Assembly: GCA_017428565.1 (NCBI GenBank)
Contig: JAFRQP010000088.1
Coordinates: 28,651-92,650, forward strand
Origin: Oscillospiraceae bacterium
Lineage (GTDB): Bacteria > Bacillota > Clostridia > Oscillospirales > Oscillospiraceae
Direction: 5' to 3'
DNA length: 64,000 nucleotides
How positions within the stretch are numbered: the stretch's first letter is position 1; each line of letters begins with the position of its first letter. Position numbers and translations under genes: made by a program. Below the pieces are notes generated by a model that saw nothing but the letters and a program-made list of their open reading frames with translations, did no database searches and had not been told where the DNA came from. Positions 1 through 9,850 of this stretch are shown here, one piece after another.

Positions 1-248
1 ACAGCGCCATGAATGCCATCAGCACCATGGCTGCCTGCTCCATGCGTGAGGCGCAGATCGAAAATCTCCTGATCGCCAAGGACTTTGCGGATTGTGTGGT
101 GTACATCGGAAACAATACCATCACGGTGGCGGTCCCGGCGCCCGAGGAGGGCCTGAGCGAGGAGGCGGTGGCCCGTATTACGGACATCATCTGTCGGGAG
201 ACGGAATTTGAGGCCTCCCAACTGAGCATCATAGAAGTCCGCGGGTAA
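1..248 (+). CDS. spoIIIAH: Stage III sporulation protein AH (SpoIIIAH), C-terminal fragment; the 5' end lies outside the window
   Basis: The ORF is open to the window edge. The C-terminal pattern REAQIENLLIAKDFADCVVYIGNNTITVAV...ARITDIICRETEF...IIEV resembles the SpoIIIAH C-terminal domain. It sits just upstream of asp23-nusB-xseAB, as in the Bacillus spoIIIA-yqhY-nusB region. Confidence 0.5.
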   Translation, partial: SAMNAISTMAACSMREAQIENLLIAKDFADCVVYIGNNTITVAVPAPEEGLSEEAVARITDIICRETEFEASQLSIIEVRG

Positions 249-263
249 AAACACATAGGCACA

Positions 264-308
264 GCAAACAGGATCTGCCGGAAAAGGCGGATCCTGTTTG
301 CCGTTTTG
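264..308 (+). terminator. Rho-independent terminator after spoIIIAH
   Basis: 16-bp stem GCAAACAGGATCTGCC / GGCGGATCCTGTTTGC with one G-U pair and loop GGAAAA, followed by CGTTTTGG. Confidence 0.7.
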
Positions 309-442
309 GAAAGCTTTTTCACTTTGCTCTTCCTTTTTCGGAAAGATTGTGATAAAATACAATGAATTCGTTTGTGCAGATGGAGGCGGGGGCCGGCAGT
401 ACGTCCTCTGCGTCCCCGCATGCAGGTTCAGGAGGAACGAAC

Positions 443-799
443 ATGGGCGAAAGCTATATTACTTGTAAAGAAGCCAACGGCAGCATCAACATTTCCGAAG
501 ACGTGATTGCCGGTATGGTGCACAACGCCATTCTGGAAGTAGAGGGCGTCGCCGGCCTTTCCAACACCGCCGGCGCTGAGATCTCGGATCTGATCGGGAT
601 CCGCACGCTGACAAAGGGCGTGAAGGTTCAGTTTGTTGAGGGGAAGATCGTGGTGGACACCATCATCACCATTTCCTACGGCAGCAATATCGTCAAGGTC
701 GCGCAGAACGTGCAGGACAAGGTCCTCAGCACCGTTCAGATGACCACCGGGCTTGAGAACGTGGAGGTCAACGTCCACGTGACCGGCATCGCCTTTTAA
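443..799 (+). CDS. Asp23/Gls24 family alkaline-shock envelope stress protein
   Basis: ISEDVIAGMVHNAILEVEGVAGLSN...VKV...VNVHVTGI is typical of Asp23. The ATG at 443 is preceded by GGAGGAAC. The upstream in-frame ATG at 362 has no RBS. Confidence 0.8.
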   Translation: MGESYITCKEANGSINISEDVIAGMVHNAILEVEGVAGLSNTAGAEISDLIGIRTLTKGVKVQFVEGKIVVDTIITISYGSNIVKVAQNVQDKVLSTVQMTTGLENVEVNVHVTGIAF

Positions 800-821
800 T
801 CCGACGAGAAGGAGAACGGCT

Positions 822-1283
822 ATGAAAAGAACCGCCGCCCGAGAGCTTGCCATTCAGCTCAGCTTTGCCGCCGCGTCCGCCGGACTGGAGCCGGACGCGC
901 TTTTGGATTCATTTTTTGATCCGGAGCACTACGGCAGCCTTGTTTCCGAGCAGGAGCTCTTTGCCGAATACCCGGACGAGCAGCAGATGGAGTATATCCG
1001 TCGGTTGACCCGTCTGACTGCGGAGAACCGCAGCGAGATCGACGGCTTTATCGAGCGCTATGCCAAAGGCTGGAAGCTGGAGCGGATCTCCAGGACCGCC
1101 CTGGCTGTGATGCGCTGCGCCATTTGCGAGATCCTGTATATGGAGGATATTCCCAATGCCGCGGCCATCAACGAAGCGGTGGAGCTGGACAAAAACTATG
1201 ACGATCCGGATACGGTCGCTTTCGTGAACGGGGTCCTGGGCGGCTTCATGCGGGGAGAGTTTCCCGCGCAGCCTGCGGACTGA
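822..1283 (+). CDS. nusB: Transcription antitermination factor NusB
   Basis: The 153-aa product begins MKRTAARELAIQ and contains RISRTALAVMRCAICEILYMEDIP...AINEAVELDKNY. RBS GAGAAGGAG. Conserved synteny. Confidence 0.9.
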   Translation: MKRTAARELAIQLSFAAASAGLEPDALLDSFFDPEHYGSLVSEQELFAEYPDEQQMEYIRRLTRLTAENRSEIDGFIERYAKGWKLERISRTALAVMRCAICEILYMEDIPNAAAINEAVELDKNYDDPDTVAFVNGVLGGFMRGEFPAQPAD

Positions 1284-1286
1284 GAG

Positions 1287-2498
1287 ATGGAAAGCCGGAC
1301 GCTCACCGTCACGGAGCTGAATTCCTATGTAAAGGATCTGCTGGCAACGGATCCTTTGCTCATGAATATCAGCGTCCGCGGGGAACTATCCAACTATAAG
1401 ATCTACCCGTCCGGGCACCACTATTTCACGCTGAAGGATCAGGAGAGCAGCCTGAAGTGCGTGATGTTCCGGGGCAGCGCCTCCAAGCTGCGCTATCGGC
1501 CGGAAAACGGCATGGGCGTCACCGCCTGCGGCCGGGTCGAGGTCTATCTGCGGGACGGAGCCTATCAGCTCATCTGCACGTCTCTGATGCCGGAGGGTAT
1601 GGGGGATCTGCAGGTGGCCTTTGAGCAGCTGAAGGCCAAGCTCTCCGCGGAGGGGCTTTTTGACCCGGCTCACAAAAAGCCGCTGCCCTTTCTTCCGCGC
1701 CGCATCGCCATCATCACCTCCTCCGCCGGTGCCGCCGTGCACGACATGATCCGGATCCTGGGGCGACGCTGGCCCATGAGCAAGGTGATTGTGCTGCCGG
1801 TCCGGGTCCAGGGGGTGGAGGCTCCGCCGGAGATCGCCGGAGCCATCCGCTACGCCAATGAGTTTGAGGTGGCGGATCTGATCATCACCGGGCGGGGCGG
1901 CGGCTCGCTGGAGGATCTCTGGGCCTTCAATGACGAGCGGGTGGCCCGCGCCATCTACGCCTCCCGGATCCCTGTGATTTCCGCCGTGGGGCATGAGCCG
2001 GATGCTTGTATCTCCGACTATGTTGCGGACCGCCGGGCGTCAACCCCGTCCAACGCGGCGGAGATCGCCGTTCCGGACTGGCATGAGATGCAGGAGACGC
2101 TGAACAGCTATGGCATCCGTTCCCGCCAGGCCATGGAAAAAAGCCTGCATGCCGCCTCCCAGCGCCTGGACGCGCTGCGTGGCAAACGGGTGCTGACAGA
2201 GCCCTCGGCCTTTTTGGACAGCAGACGCATGGATCTGGACCGGATGCGAGACAGGCTTCTTTCCTCCGGGGAACGGCAGCTTGCGGTAAAGCGTCAGCGC
2301 TTTGTGAAGCTTGCCGCCGCGCTGGACGCCATGAGCCCGCTGCGCGTCCTCTCCCGGGGTTATGCCCTCGCCTCCGACGCGGAGGGGAGAGTGCTGAGAA
2401 GCGTGCGGGATCTGAACCCGGGGGATCGGGTCCGGGTCCGATTTCAGGACGGTCTGGCGGATTGCCGGGTCGAGCAGATTCAGGAAGGAGAAGTCTGA
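1287..2498 (+). CDS. xseA: Exodeoxyribonuclease VII large subunit
   Basis: 403 aa with an N-terminal OB fold (VSELNSYVKDLL...VRGELSNY) and the ExoVII_L core. It is immediately followed by xseB. Confidence 0.93.
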   Translation: MESRTLTVTELNSYVKDLLATDPLLMNISVRGELSNYKIYPSGHHYFTLKDQESSLKCVMFRGSASKLRYRPENGMGVTACGRVEVYLRDGAYQLICTSLMPEGMGDLQVAFEQLKAKLSAEGLFDPAHKKPLPFLPRRIAIITSSAGAAVHDMIRILGRRWPMSKVIVLPVRVQGVEAPPEIAGAIRYANEFEVADLIITGRGGGSLEDLWAFNDERVARAIYASRIPVISAVGHEPDACISDYVADRRASTPSNAAEIAVPDWHEMQETLNSYGIRSRQAMEKSLHAASQRLDALRGKRVLTEPSAFLDSRRMDLDRMRDRLLSSGERQLAVKRQRFVKLAAALDAMSPLRVLSRGYALASDAEGRVLRSVRDLNPGDRVRVRFQDGLADCRVEQIQEGEV

Positions 2499-2499
2499 T

Positions 2500-2730
2500 A
2501 TGGCGGAGAAGCTTAGCTTTGAACAGTCGCTTGCTCGTCTGGATGAGATCGTGCGCCACTTGGAAAAGGGCGACCTTCCGCTGAGCGAGTCGATCTCTCT
2601 CTTTGAGGAGGGGACCGGGCTCCTTTCCTCCTGCAGCGCCATGCTGGAGGAGGCGGAACAGAAGGTGGTCAAGCTCCGCAAGGGGCCGGACCGGGTGCCG
2701 GAAGAGCTCCCCTTTGTGGACGAGGACTGA
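2500..2730 (+). CDS. xseB: Exodeoxyribonuclease VII small subunit
   Basis: 76 aa with SFEQSLARLDEIVRHLEKGDLPLSESISLFEEG. It starts 2 nt after the xseA stop. Confidence 0.92.
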   Translation: MAEKLSFEQSLARLDEIVRHLEKGDLPLSESISLFEEGTGLLSSCSAMLEEAEQKVVKLRKGPDRVPEELPFVDED

Positions 2731-2732
2731 GT

Positions 2733-3602
2733 ATGACGGAGAAAGAATACAAAAAATTGGTTGACATCGCCCTGTCCCGCTGCTTTCTGACCGAGGAGGA
2801 CTATCCGGTCAAGGGCCTGGCGGAGGCTATGCGTTACAGCCTCCTGGCGGGAGGAAAACGGATCCGCCCCATGCTGGTGCTGGAGTTCTGCAGGATCAGC
2901 GGCGGAGACCCCGAGGCGGCGCTGCCCGTGGCCTGCGCCATCGAGATGCTGCATACCTACAGCCTGATCCACGACGATCTGCCCTGCATGGATAACGACT
3001 CTCTGCGCCGCGGCATGCCCACCAACCATGTGGTTTACGGCGAGTGCACCGCGACTCTCGCGGGCGACGCTCTGCAGGCGGAGGCCTTCGGCGCCATCCT
3101 GCGATCCGAGCTTCCCGCCGATCGCCGCGCCCGCTGCGCCATGCACCTGGCCAACGCCGTGGGCCTTGACGGGATGTGCGGCGGGCAATTTCTGGATATG
3201 CTTGGCGAGGGGAAGACCCTTTCCGCTTCCGAGCTGGACGAGATCAATTCCCGCAAGACTGGTGCGCTGCTTACCGCGGCCTGCCTGATGGGCGTTGCCG
3301 CCGCGGGAGGGAGCGAAGAGCAGGAGGAAGCCGCTTCCCGCTACGGTGCGGCGCTCGGCGCCGCGTTCCAGATCCGGGACGATATGCTGGATGTGCTCAG
3401 CACCGAGGCTGAGCTGGGGAAACCCATCGGCTCTGACCGGGAAGAGCAGAAAAATACATATATGGCTCTGTATGGGGCGGAGAAGTGCGTCGAGCTGATC
3501 GACAGGCTGACGGCTGCGGCAAAGACCGCGCTGCAGGAAGCGTTTCAGGGCACTTCGCTGCTCTGCTCTCTGGCGGATTCTCTTGCACGGAGAAGAAGCT
3601 GA
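2733..3602 (+). CDS. ispA: Farnesyl/geranylgeranyl diphosphate synthase (polyprenyl synthetase family)
   Basis: First Asp-rich motif LIHDDLPCMDND and second motif FQIRDDMLD. Lies in xseB-ispA-dxs synteny. Confidence 0.9.
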   Translation: MTEKEYKKLVDIALSRCFLTEEDYPVKGLAEAMRYSLLAGGKRIRPMLVLEFCRISGGDPEAALPVACAIEMLHTYSLIHDDLPCMDNDSLRRGMPTNHVVYGECTATLAGDALQAEAFGAILRSELPADRRARCAMHLANAVGLDGMCGGQFLDMLGEGKTLSASELDEINSRKTGALLTAACLMGVAAAGGSEEQEEAASRYGAALGAAFQIRDDMLDVLSTEAELGKPIGSDREEQKNTYMALYGAEKCVELIDRLTAAAKTALQEAFQGTSLLCSLADSLARRRS

Positions 3603-3626
3603 GATACAGATGAATTGAGGTTCGTT

Positions 3627-5480
3627 TTGAGCATTTTAGAGAAAATCAACAGCTCTGCTGACGTCAAGAAGCTCTCTGAGGAGGAGCTGGAGCCCCTGTG
3701 CGGGGAGCTTCGCAGCTTCCTGGTGAAGAGCGTTTCGAAAACCGGCGGGCATTTTGCGTCCAATCTGGGCGCCGTGGAGCTGACCGTTGCGCTGCATCGG
3801 GTCTACGACACAGAAAAGGATCGCCTGGTTTTTGACGTGGGTCATCAGAGCTATATCCATAAGATCCTGACAGGAAGAAGAGATCGCTTTTCCACCCTCC
3901 GGCAATACGGAGGGCTGTCGGGCTTTCCCAAGCCCAGAGAAGCGGAGGACGACGCCTTTATCGCCGGACACGCGTCCAACTCCGTTTCCGTCGCCCTGGG
4001 GATGGCCAAGGCGAGGACGCTGCAGCACCAGGAGTATGACGTGGTCGCCGTCATCGGCGACGGCGCTCTGACCGGCGGCCTTGCCTATGAGGGTTTGACC
4101 GCCGCCGCGGCCAGCGGCGAGGCGATGGTGATCGTTCTCAACGACAACAATATGTCCATCGACCCCAACGTGGGCGGTATGGCGAGCCTTCTGCAGCGCA
4201 TGCGGGTCCGCCCGGGCTATTTCAGCTTCAAGCGCTGGTATCGGGACGTATTTACCCGGATCCCGCCGGTTTACCAGATGAATCACAACATCAAGGAGTG
4301 GGTCAAATCCCGTGTGCTTCCGGACAATATGCTCAGCGCCATCGGCCTGGATTACATGGGCCCGGTGGACGGGCACGACGTGAAGCAGTTGGAATGCGTG
4401 CTGCGCTGGGCCAAGGAGATGAAGCGGCCCGTTCTGGTGCATGTGCTGACCAAGAAGGGAAAGGGCTGCGGATACGCGGAGGAGCACCCGGAGCTGTATC
4501 ATGGCGTCGGCCCCTTTGATCCTGCGACGGGGGAGCTGAAATGCAGCTGCAAGTCTTTCTCCGACGTTTTCGGGGAGAGTATCTGCGAATTTGCGGCCGG
4601 CAGCAAGAAGATCGTGGCCATCACCGCCGCCATGGCCTCCGGCACCGGGCTGGACCGCTTTGCCGTTCAGTTTCCCAAGCGCTTTGTGGACGCCGGCATC
4701 GCCGAGGGGCATGCGACCGCCTTTGCTGCGGGGCTCGCCAAACAGGGGATGATCCCGGTTTTCGCCGTGTATTCCAGCTTCCTGCAGCGGAGCTTTGACA
4801 TGATGATCCACGACGTGTCCCTCCTCGGTCTGCACGTTGTCTTTTGTGTCGATCGCGCCGGCATCGTCGGCAGCGACGGGGAGACCCACAACGGGGTTTT
4901 TGATCTTGCCTATCTGCAGACCGTCCCCGGCATGCAGATCCTCTGTCCCGCCTCTTTTGCGGAGCTGCACGATCAGCTGCAGCGGGCGCTCTTCGAGCTG
5001 GACGGCCCGGTTGCCGTCCGCTATCCCCGCGGGGGAGAGGGCGTGTATCGGGACTCCTGCTGTGAGGACGAGCAGCTTCTGCGCGAAGGAACGGATGTGA
5101 CGCTTCTCTGCTGCGGCACGATGGTCAACGAGGCTCTGGCGGCGGCAAAGCTGATGGAAGAGCAGGGCGTTTCCGCGGAGCTGGTGAAAGTCAACCGCAT
5201 TTCCTCCCGGCCGCTTCCTGTGGCCCTGCGCTCTCTTCAGAAGACGGGACGGCTGCTGGCGGCGGAGGAGGTCTGCGCTCTCGGCTGTCTGGGCGAGCTG
5301 CTGCTTCGCCAGGCGGCGGAGCGGGGGATCGAACTGAAGGCGGCAAGGCTGCTGAATCTGGGCGAGGGCGTTGTTCCTCACGGCAAACGGGAGGAGCTGC
5401 TGCCGAATTATTCGCTGGACGCCGCCTCCATCGCGGCCTCTGCCCTGGATCTTGTTTCTCAACATGAGGGCGAAGCATGA
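3627..5480 (+). CDS. dxs: 1-deoxy-D-xylulose-5-phosphate synthase
   Basis: GHQSYIHKILTGRR and IGDGALTGG motifs, with a transketolase-like C-terminus. The start is uncertain. TTG at 3627 (MSILEKI, GAGG 6 nt upstream) is preferred over TTG at 3615. Confidence 0.92.
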   Translation: MSILEKINSSADVKKLSEEELEPLCGELRSFLVKSVSKTGGHFASNLGAVELTVALHRVYDTEKDRLVFDVGHQSYIHKILTGRRDRFSTLRQYGGLSGFPKPREAEDDAFIAGHASNSVSVALGMAKARTLQHQEYDVVAVIGDGALTGGLAYEGLTAAAASGEAMVIVLNDNNMSIDPNVGGMASLLQRMRVRPGYFSFKRWYRDVFTRIPPVYQMNHNIKEWVKSRVLPDNMLSAIGLDYMGPVDGHDVKQLECVLRWAKEMKRPVLVHVLTKKGKGCGYAEEHPELYHGVGPFDPATGELKCSCKSFSDVFGESICEFAAGSKKIVAITAAMASGTGLDRFAVQFPKRFVDAGIAEGHATAFAAGLAKQGMIPVFAVYSSFLQRSFDMMIHDVSLLGLHVVFCVDRAGIVGSDGETHNGVFDLAYLQTVPGMQILCPASFAELHDQLQRALFELDGPVAVRYPRGGEGVYRDSCCEDEQLLREGTDVTLLCCGTMVNEALAAAKLMEEQGVSAELVKVNRISSRPLPVALRSLQKTGRLLAAEEVCALGCLGELLLRQAAERGIELKAARLLNLGEGVVPHGKREELLPNYSLDAASIAASALDLVSQHEGEA

Positions 5481-6271
5481 AAAAAGTCAGACTGGATCAG
5501 CTGATTTTTGATCTTGGCTATACCGAAAGCCGGGAGCGCGCCAAGACCACCATCATGAGCGGGCTGGTCTATGTGAACGGTCAGAAGGCGGACAAGCCCG
5601 GCATGCCCGTTGATCCCGAGGCGAAAATCGAGGTGCGCGGCGAGGCGATCCCCTTTGTGAGCCGCGGCGGCTTTAAGCTGGACAAGGCGCTGAAGGTATT
5701 TCCGGTGGACCCGGCGGGGAAGACCTGCATCGACTGCGGCGCATCTACCGGTGGCTTTACGGACGTGCTGCTGCAGCACGGCGCCGCCAAGGTCTACGCG
5801 GTGGACGTGGGCTATGGGCAGCTTGCCTGGAAGCTTCGCACCGATCCCAGAGTTGTGAACCTGGAGCGCACTAACCTACGCTATATCACCCGCGAGCAGA
5901 TCCCTGAGCTTTTGGACCTGGCGGTGATGGACGTGTCCTTCATCTCCATCCGGCTGGTGCTTCCCGCAGTGAAGGAGCTGCTGAAGCCCGGGGCCGACTA
6001 TATCTGTCTCATCAAGCCCCAGTTTGAGGCCGGTCGGGACGAGGTCGGCAAGAAGGGGGTGGTGCGGGATCCCGCCGTGCACGAGGAAGTGGTCCGCGGC
6101 ATCCTGGATTTCGCGCCGACCATCGGCTTTTCCGTGCTGGGGCTGGATTATTCTCCCGTCAAAGGCCCCGAAGGGAATATTGAATACATCTGCCACTTGA
6201 AAAACGGGGACTATCCCCCGGCTGAGATCGACGTATCAGCCGTCGTCAAAGCCTCCCACGAGGCCCTGTAG
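5477..6271 (+). CDS. tlyA: TlyA family rRNA (cytidine-2'-O)-methyltransferase
   Basis: An N-terminal S4-like domain is followed by an FtsJ fold (IDCGASTGGFTDVLLQHGA). ATGA overlap with the dxs stop. Confidence 0.88.
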   Translation: MKKVRLDQLIFDLGYTESRERAKTTIMSGLVYVNGQKADKPGMPVDPEAKIEVRGEAIPFVSRGGFKLDKALKVFPVDPAGKTCIDCGASTGGFTDVLLQHGAAKVYAVDVGYGQLAWKLRTDPRVVNLERTNLRYITREQIPELLDLAVMDVSFISIRLVLPAVKELLKPGADYICLIKPQFEAGRDEVGKKGVVRDPAVHEEVVRGILDFAPTIGFSVLGLDYSPVKGPEGNIEYICHLKNGDYPPAEIDVSAVVKASHEAL

Positions 6272-6284
6272 AGGAGGAGATCCT

Positions 6285-7130
6285 ATGATCGCGATTTGTC
6301 CCAATCCTTTTCGGGATCTGGACTTGAAGTTCACCAGGGACTGCATCCGGCTCCTGTCTGAGGCGGGTTATGACTCCGTCGTCTGTCCTGTTTTTGCGGA
6401 GGACGAGCCTGAGGCGCTGCCCTCGGATCTGCGGTATCGGAAGCTGGAAGAGGTGAAAAAGGACTGCGCTCTTGCCGTCGTCATCGGCGGCGACGGGACG
6501 ATCCTTTCCGTGGTACGGAATCTGCGCTCGGTGGAGGTGCCCATGCTGGGCATCAATCTGGGCACCAAGGGCTTTATGGCCAATCTGGAGCCGGAGGATC
6601 TGCCCCTTGTGGTCAAGGCCGCTCGGGGAGAGTACCGGATCTCCCGCCGCATGATGCTGGAGGCCCAGCTTTGGCGGGGCGATAAGCTTCTCTGCGTGGA
6701 TCACGCCCTAAACGACGTGGTGCTCCACGGCTACGGCGACTGCATCGGCATGACCACGACCTGCAACGGCGACCGGGTTTCCCAGATCTCCGGCGACGGG
6801 ATCATCCTCTCCACGCCCACCGGTTCCACCGGCTATTCCATGTCCGCCGGCGGTCCCATTGTGGAGCCGGAGGCGGAAAATATCATCATCAGCCCCATCT
6901 GCCCCCATGTGATGGGCGCGAGATCCTTCGTGCTGGACGCGCAGAGAGTGGTCCAGGTCACGGCGGAGCGGCTGCACGGCCGCCGGGCCTACCTGGCCAT
7001 CGACGGCAATTCGGTGGCGGACCTGGCCGGCGGAGACCGTGTGCTGGTGCGCCGGTCCGAACACCAAACGCTGATGGCCGATCTGGGGCTCAAGAGCTTT
7101 TACGATATCGCATACGAGAAATTGACCTGA
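6285..7130 (+). CDS. nadK: NAD kinase
   Basis: VVIGGDGTILSV and STPTGSTGYSMSAGGPIV motifs. RBS GAGGAGGAG. Confidence 0.9.
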   Translation: MIAICPNPFRDLDLKFTRDCIRLLSEAGYDSVVCPVFAEDEPEALPSDLRYRKLEEVKKDCALAVVIGGDGTILSVVRNLRSVEVPMLGINLGTKGFMANLEPEDLPLVVKAARGEYRISRRMMLEAQLWRGDKLLCVDHALNDVVLHGYGDCIGMTTTCNGDRVSQISGDGIILSTPTGSTGYSMSAGGPIVEPEAENIIISPICPHVMGARSFVLDAQRVVQVTAERLHGRRAYLAIDGNSVADLAGGDRVLVRRSEHQTLMADLGLKSFYDIAYEKLT

Positions 7131-7150
7131 AGCAGAAGCGAGGCGGAGAC

Positions 7151-8827
7151 ATGCTCAACGAACTGCACATCGAGAATATTGCGGTGATCGAGCGGGCCGA
7201 TATCCGCTTTGACCCTGGGCTGAATGTGCTGACCGGCGAGACCGGCGCGGGCAAATCCATCGTCATCGACGCCATCGGCGCCGTTTTGGGCGAGCGGGTC
7301 AGCCGGGATCTGGTGCGCCGCGGGGCGGAGAAGGCTCAGGTCACGGCGGTGTTTGACAGCTCCTGCGCGGAAGCCTGGCTGCAGGAAAACGAGATCGACG
7401 CTGAGGACGAGCTGATCCTGCAGCGCCGCATCCTCTCCGACGGGAAGAGCAGCTGCCGGGTCTGCGGCACGCCGGTCACGGCGAGCCAGCTGAAGGATCT
7501 TGCGGCGCTTCTGGTGGATATCCACGGGCAAAACGATGGCCGCCAGCTCATGGATGAGCGGCGGCACATGGCCTATCTGGACAGCTTCGGCTGTCTGGAC
7601 GGGGAGCTTGGCGCCTATCGGGAGCAGTATGCCCGCTATCGGAGCCTGCGCCGGGAGCTGGAGCAGCTCACCATGGACGAGGTGGAGAAGGAGCGGCTCA
7701 GCGAGAGCCTGCGCTATCAGATCGCAGAGCTGGAGCGCGCGGAGCTCAAAGTGGGGGAGAAGGAAAGCCTGATTTCCCGCCGGGACCTGCTGCGCAATTC
7801 CGAGAAACTGACCGAGGCCCTTGACGAGGCCATCCGCCTGCTCTACGGCGACGAGGACAACGCTGCCTCCATGGCCCAGAACGCGGAATACTACGCCTCC
7901 CGGGCGGCCGCGCTGGTGCCGGAGCTGGAAGAGGCCCAAAACCGCATCCATGAGGCCGCCTTTGCCCTTTCCGACGCCGCCGAGACCCTGCGGGATTTCC
8001 GCGGGAGTCTGGACTTCTCACCCGAGGAGTATGACCGGCTGGAGGAGCGGATCTCCCTGCTCAATAAGCTGGAGCGCAAGTATTCCAGGGACGAGGAGGC
8101 GCTGGTCGCCTATCTGGAGGAGTGCCGGGAGAAGCTTGACAGCATCGAGTATGCGGAGGAGCGCAGCGCAAAGCTCCAGCGGGAGCTGGAGGCGCAGAAA
8201 AAGCAGTGCAGAAAGGCCGCTCTCGCGCTGCGGGAGCGCCGTATGGCAGCCGCGAAGGATCTGGAGCAGCGCATCGTCCGGGAGCTGCGGGAGCTGAACA
8301 TGCCCTCGGTTCGCTTTGCGGTGGATCTGCAGGAGCTGGGCGGCGATCCCGGCTTTGACGCGAACGGCGCCGATCAGCTCCGCTTTCTCATGTCCGCCAA
8401 CGCCGGCGAGGATTTGGGCCGTATCAGCCGCATCGCCTCCGGCGGCGAGCTGAGCCGCATCATGCTGGCCATGAAGAACGTCTTCGCCGAGCACGACCCG
8501 GTTTCCAGCCTGATCTTTGACGAGATCGACTCCGGCGTTTCCGGCATCGCTGCCCAGCGGGTGGGGGAGAAGCTCTATTCCGTTTCCAAGGGCAAGCAGG
8601 TGCTGTGCGTGACCCATCTGCCTCAGATCGCCGCCATGGCGGACAGTCACTATCTGATCGAGAAAAAAGAGCGGGATGGGCGTACCTTCACGGAGGTCAG
8701 CCGCCTGGATCGGGAGGGGCGCCGCATGGAGCTTGCGCGGCTGCACGGCGGTGACAACATCACCATCACCACCCTGGCCAGCGCCGAGGAGCAGCTGGAA
8801 GCGGCTGAGAGATTTAAAGCAATGTGA
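7151..8827 (+). CDS. recN: DNA repair protein RecN
   Basis: 558 aa with Walker A GETGAGKS, a long coiled-coil and a C-terminal ASGGELSRIMLA...LIFDEIDSG. Confidence 0.93.
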   Translation: MLNELHIENIAVIERADIRFDPGLNVLTGETGAGKSIVIDAIGAVLGERVSRDLVRRGAEKAQVTAVFDSSCAEAWLQENEIDAEDELILQRRILSDGKSSCRVCGTPVTASQLKDLAALLVDIHGQNDGRQLMDERRHMAYLDSFGCLDGELGAYREQYARYRSLRRELEQLTMDEVEKERLSESLRYQIAELERAELKVGEKESLISRRDLLRNSEKLTEALDEAIRLLYGDEDNAASMAQNAEYYASRAAALVPELEEAQNRIHEAAFALSDAAETLRDFRGSLDFSPEEYDRLEERISLLNKLERKYSRDEEALVAYLEECREKLDSIEYAEERSAKLQRELEAQKKQCRKAALALRERRMAAAKDLEQRIVRELRELNMPSVRFAVDLQELGGDPGFDANGADQLRFLMSANAGEDLGRISRIASGGELSRIMLAMKNVFAEHDPVSSLIFDEIDSGVSGIAAQRVGEKLYSVSKGKQVLCVTHLPQIAAMADSHYLIEKKERDGRTFTEVSRLDREGRRMELARLHGGDNITITTLASAEEQLEAAERFKAM

Positions 8828-8872
8828 AAACACCGGGTCTGCAGGACTGTGTCCCTGCAGACCCGGTGTTTT
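8827..8872. terminator. Bidirectional terminator between recN (+) and the PH-domain gene (-)
   Basis: Perfect 19-bp stem AAAACACCGGGTCTGCAGG / CCTGCAGACCCGGTGTTTT with A/T runs on both sides. Confidence 0.8.
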
Positions 8873-9440
8873 ATTGCCATTCCGAGTCGGACTGCAGCAG
8901 GCGGAGCACCCGCTCCGGCTCCGGGATTCCGTGCAGTTCGCTTGAGAGCCCGGTCAAGCCTCTGGTATTCATTCCGTATCGGACGCTAAGCCCATAGCCC
9001 GGCTTTCGCATAAACAGACTGTTCGGTTCCAGGGCGATGGTACCGGTCCCGTCCCGGTGCTTTCGCACGCTGAGAGCCGGGAGATCGTTCTTTTTCAAAA
9101 CCTTGACTTCCTTGCCCTGCTTGAGCAGAACGCGTTTGTCCGTGATCACATAGGAGCTTTTCTTCAGCGCCAGGGCTTTGAAGAGAAAACGGCCGAAAAA
9201 GAAGAACAGTCCGAAAAGCATCATGAGTCCGCCGACAAGGGGGAACGGCAGCGGCGCGTGCGCTTTCAGGACCCCGTATTCCCAATAGCCGGCGAAACCG
9301 CACCAGAAAAGACCGAAGGGAATCAAAAAGATATCGTTTCGATCGAAAAAATGAAGCTTTTCCGGATGACCTTTCCATAGGACGGTTTCATCCGCGTTTA
9401 GATAGGGGCGCGCCCACTGATAATCCAATTCTGTCTGCAT
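8871..9440 (-). CDS. Membrane protein with bacterial PH (bPH_2/YdbS-like) domain
   Basis: WKGHP...two TM helices...SSYVITDKRVLLKQGKEV pattern. The ATG at 9440 is preceded by AAAGGAGG. The longer ORF-track start at 9479 lacks an RBS. Confidence 0.55.
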   Translation of the reverse strand: MQTELDYQWARPYLNADETVLWKGHPEKLHFFDRNDIFLIPFGLFWCGFAGYWEYGVLKAHAPLPFPLVGGLMMLFGLFFFFGRFLFKALALKKSSYVITDKRVLLKQGKEVKVLKKNDLPALSVRKHRDGTGTIALEPNSLFMRKPGYGLSVRYGMNTRGLTGLSSELHGIPEPERVLRLLQSDSEWQ

Positions 9441-9537
9441 GGGGATCCTCCTTTTATGCTTCTGAGGTAATTTTAGCATGATCGTTCGGATGAGTCAAGC
9501 CGCCCGCTCCGAAATCAAAGAAATGCGCCGCTTTTGC

Positions 9538-9566
9538 TTGACAGATCGAGAATAACTCAGTATAAT
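9538..9566 (+). promoter_or_regulatory. Sigma-A type promoter of the Tyr T-box operon
   Basis: TTGACA (9538-9543), 17 nt spacer, TATAAT (9561-9566). Confidence 0.7.
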
Positions 9567-9572
9567 GCACGG

Positions 9573-9834
9573 GTAAACGCGAGGAAAAACAGAAGTAGCG
9601 CGGCTTTTCCTGCACAGAGAGCCCCCGTTTGGTGGAAGGGGGAGAGGGGAGCGCGTGAAGTACCGTTTGGAGCGGCGTGGCTGAAGCCTTCGGGTGAGTA
9701 GGCCGCGACGGGTGCGCCCGATAAAGCGCGGGAGTCTCAGACTTCGTAAGGCTTTCGCCGCGAGGCGGAGGCAAACCAGAGGTGGTACCGCATTTTTATG
9801 CCCTCTGTCCGAAAGGACGGGGGGCTTAACTTTT
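9573..9834 (+). promoter_or_regulatory. T-box riboswitch leader (probable tyrosine specifier UAC)
   Basis: Stem I AGAGAG...GGTGGAA elements, the T-box sequence AACCAGAGGTGGTACCGC (about 9774-9791) and a terminator CCCTCTGTCC-GAAA-GGACGGGGGG followed by a T-run. GAAGUACC in the specifier region and tyrS downstream support tyrosine. Confidence 0.8.
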
Positions 9835-9850
9835 GGAAGGGGGTTCCAAT

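Noticed and set aside
362-442. A longer Asp23 form starting at the ATG at 362.
   Set aside because: There is no RBS, and the extra 27 residues are Gly/Ser/Ala-rich. The ATG at 443 has a strong GGAGGA and gives the usual Asp23 length.
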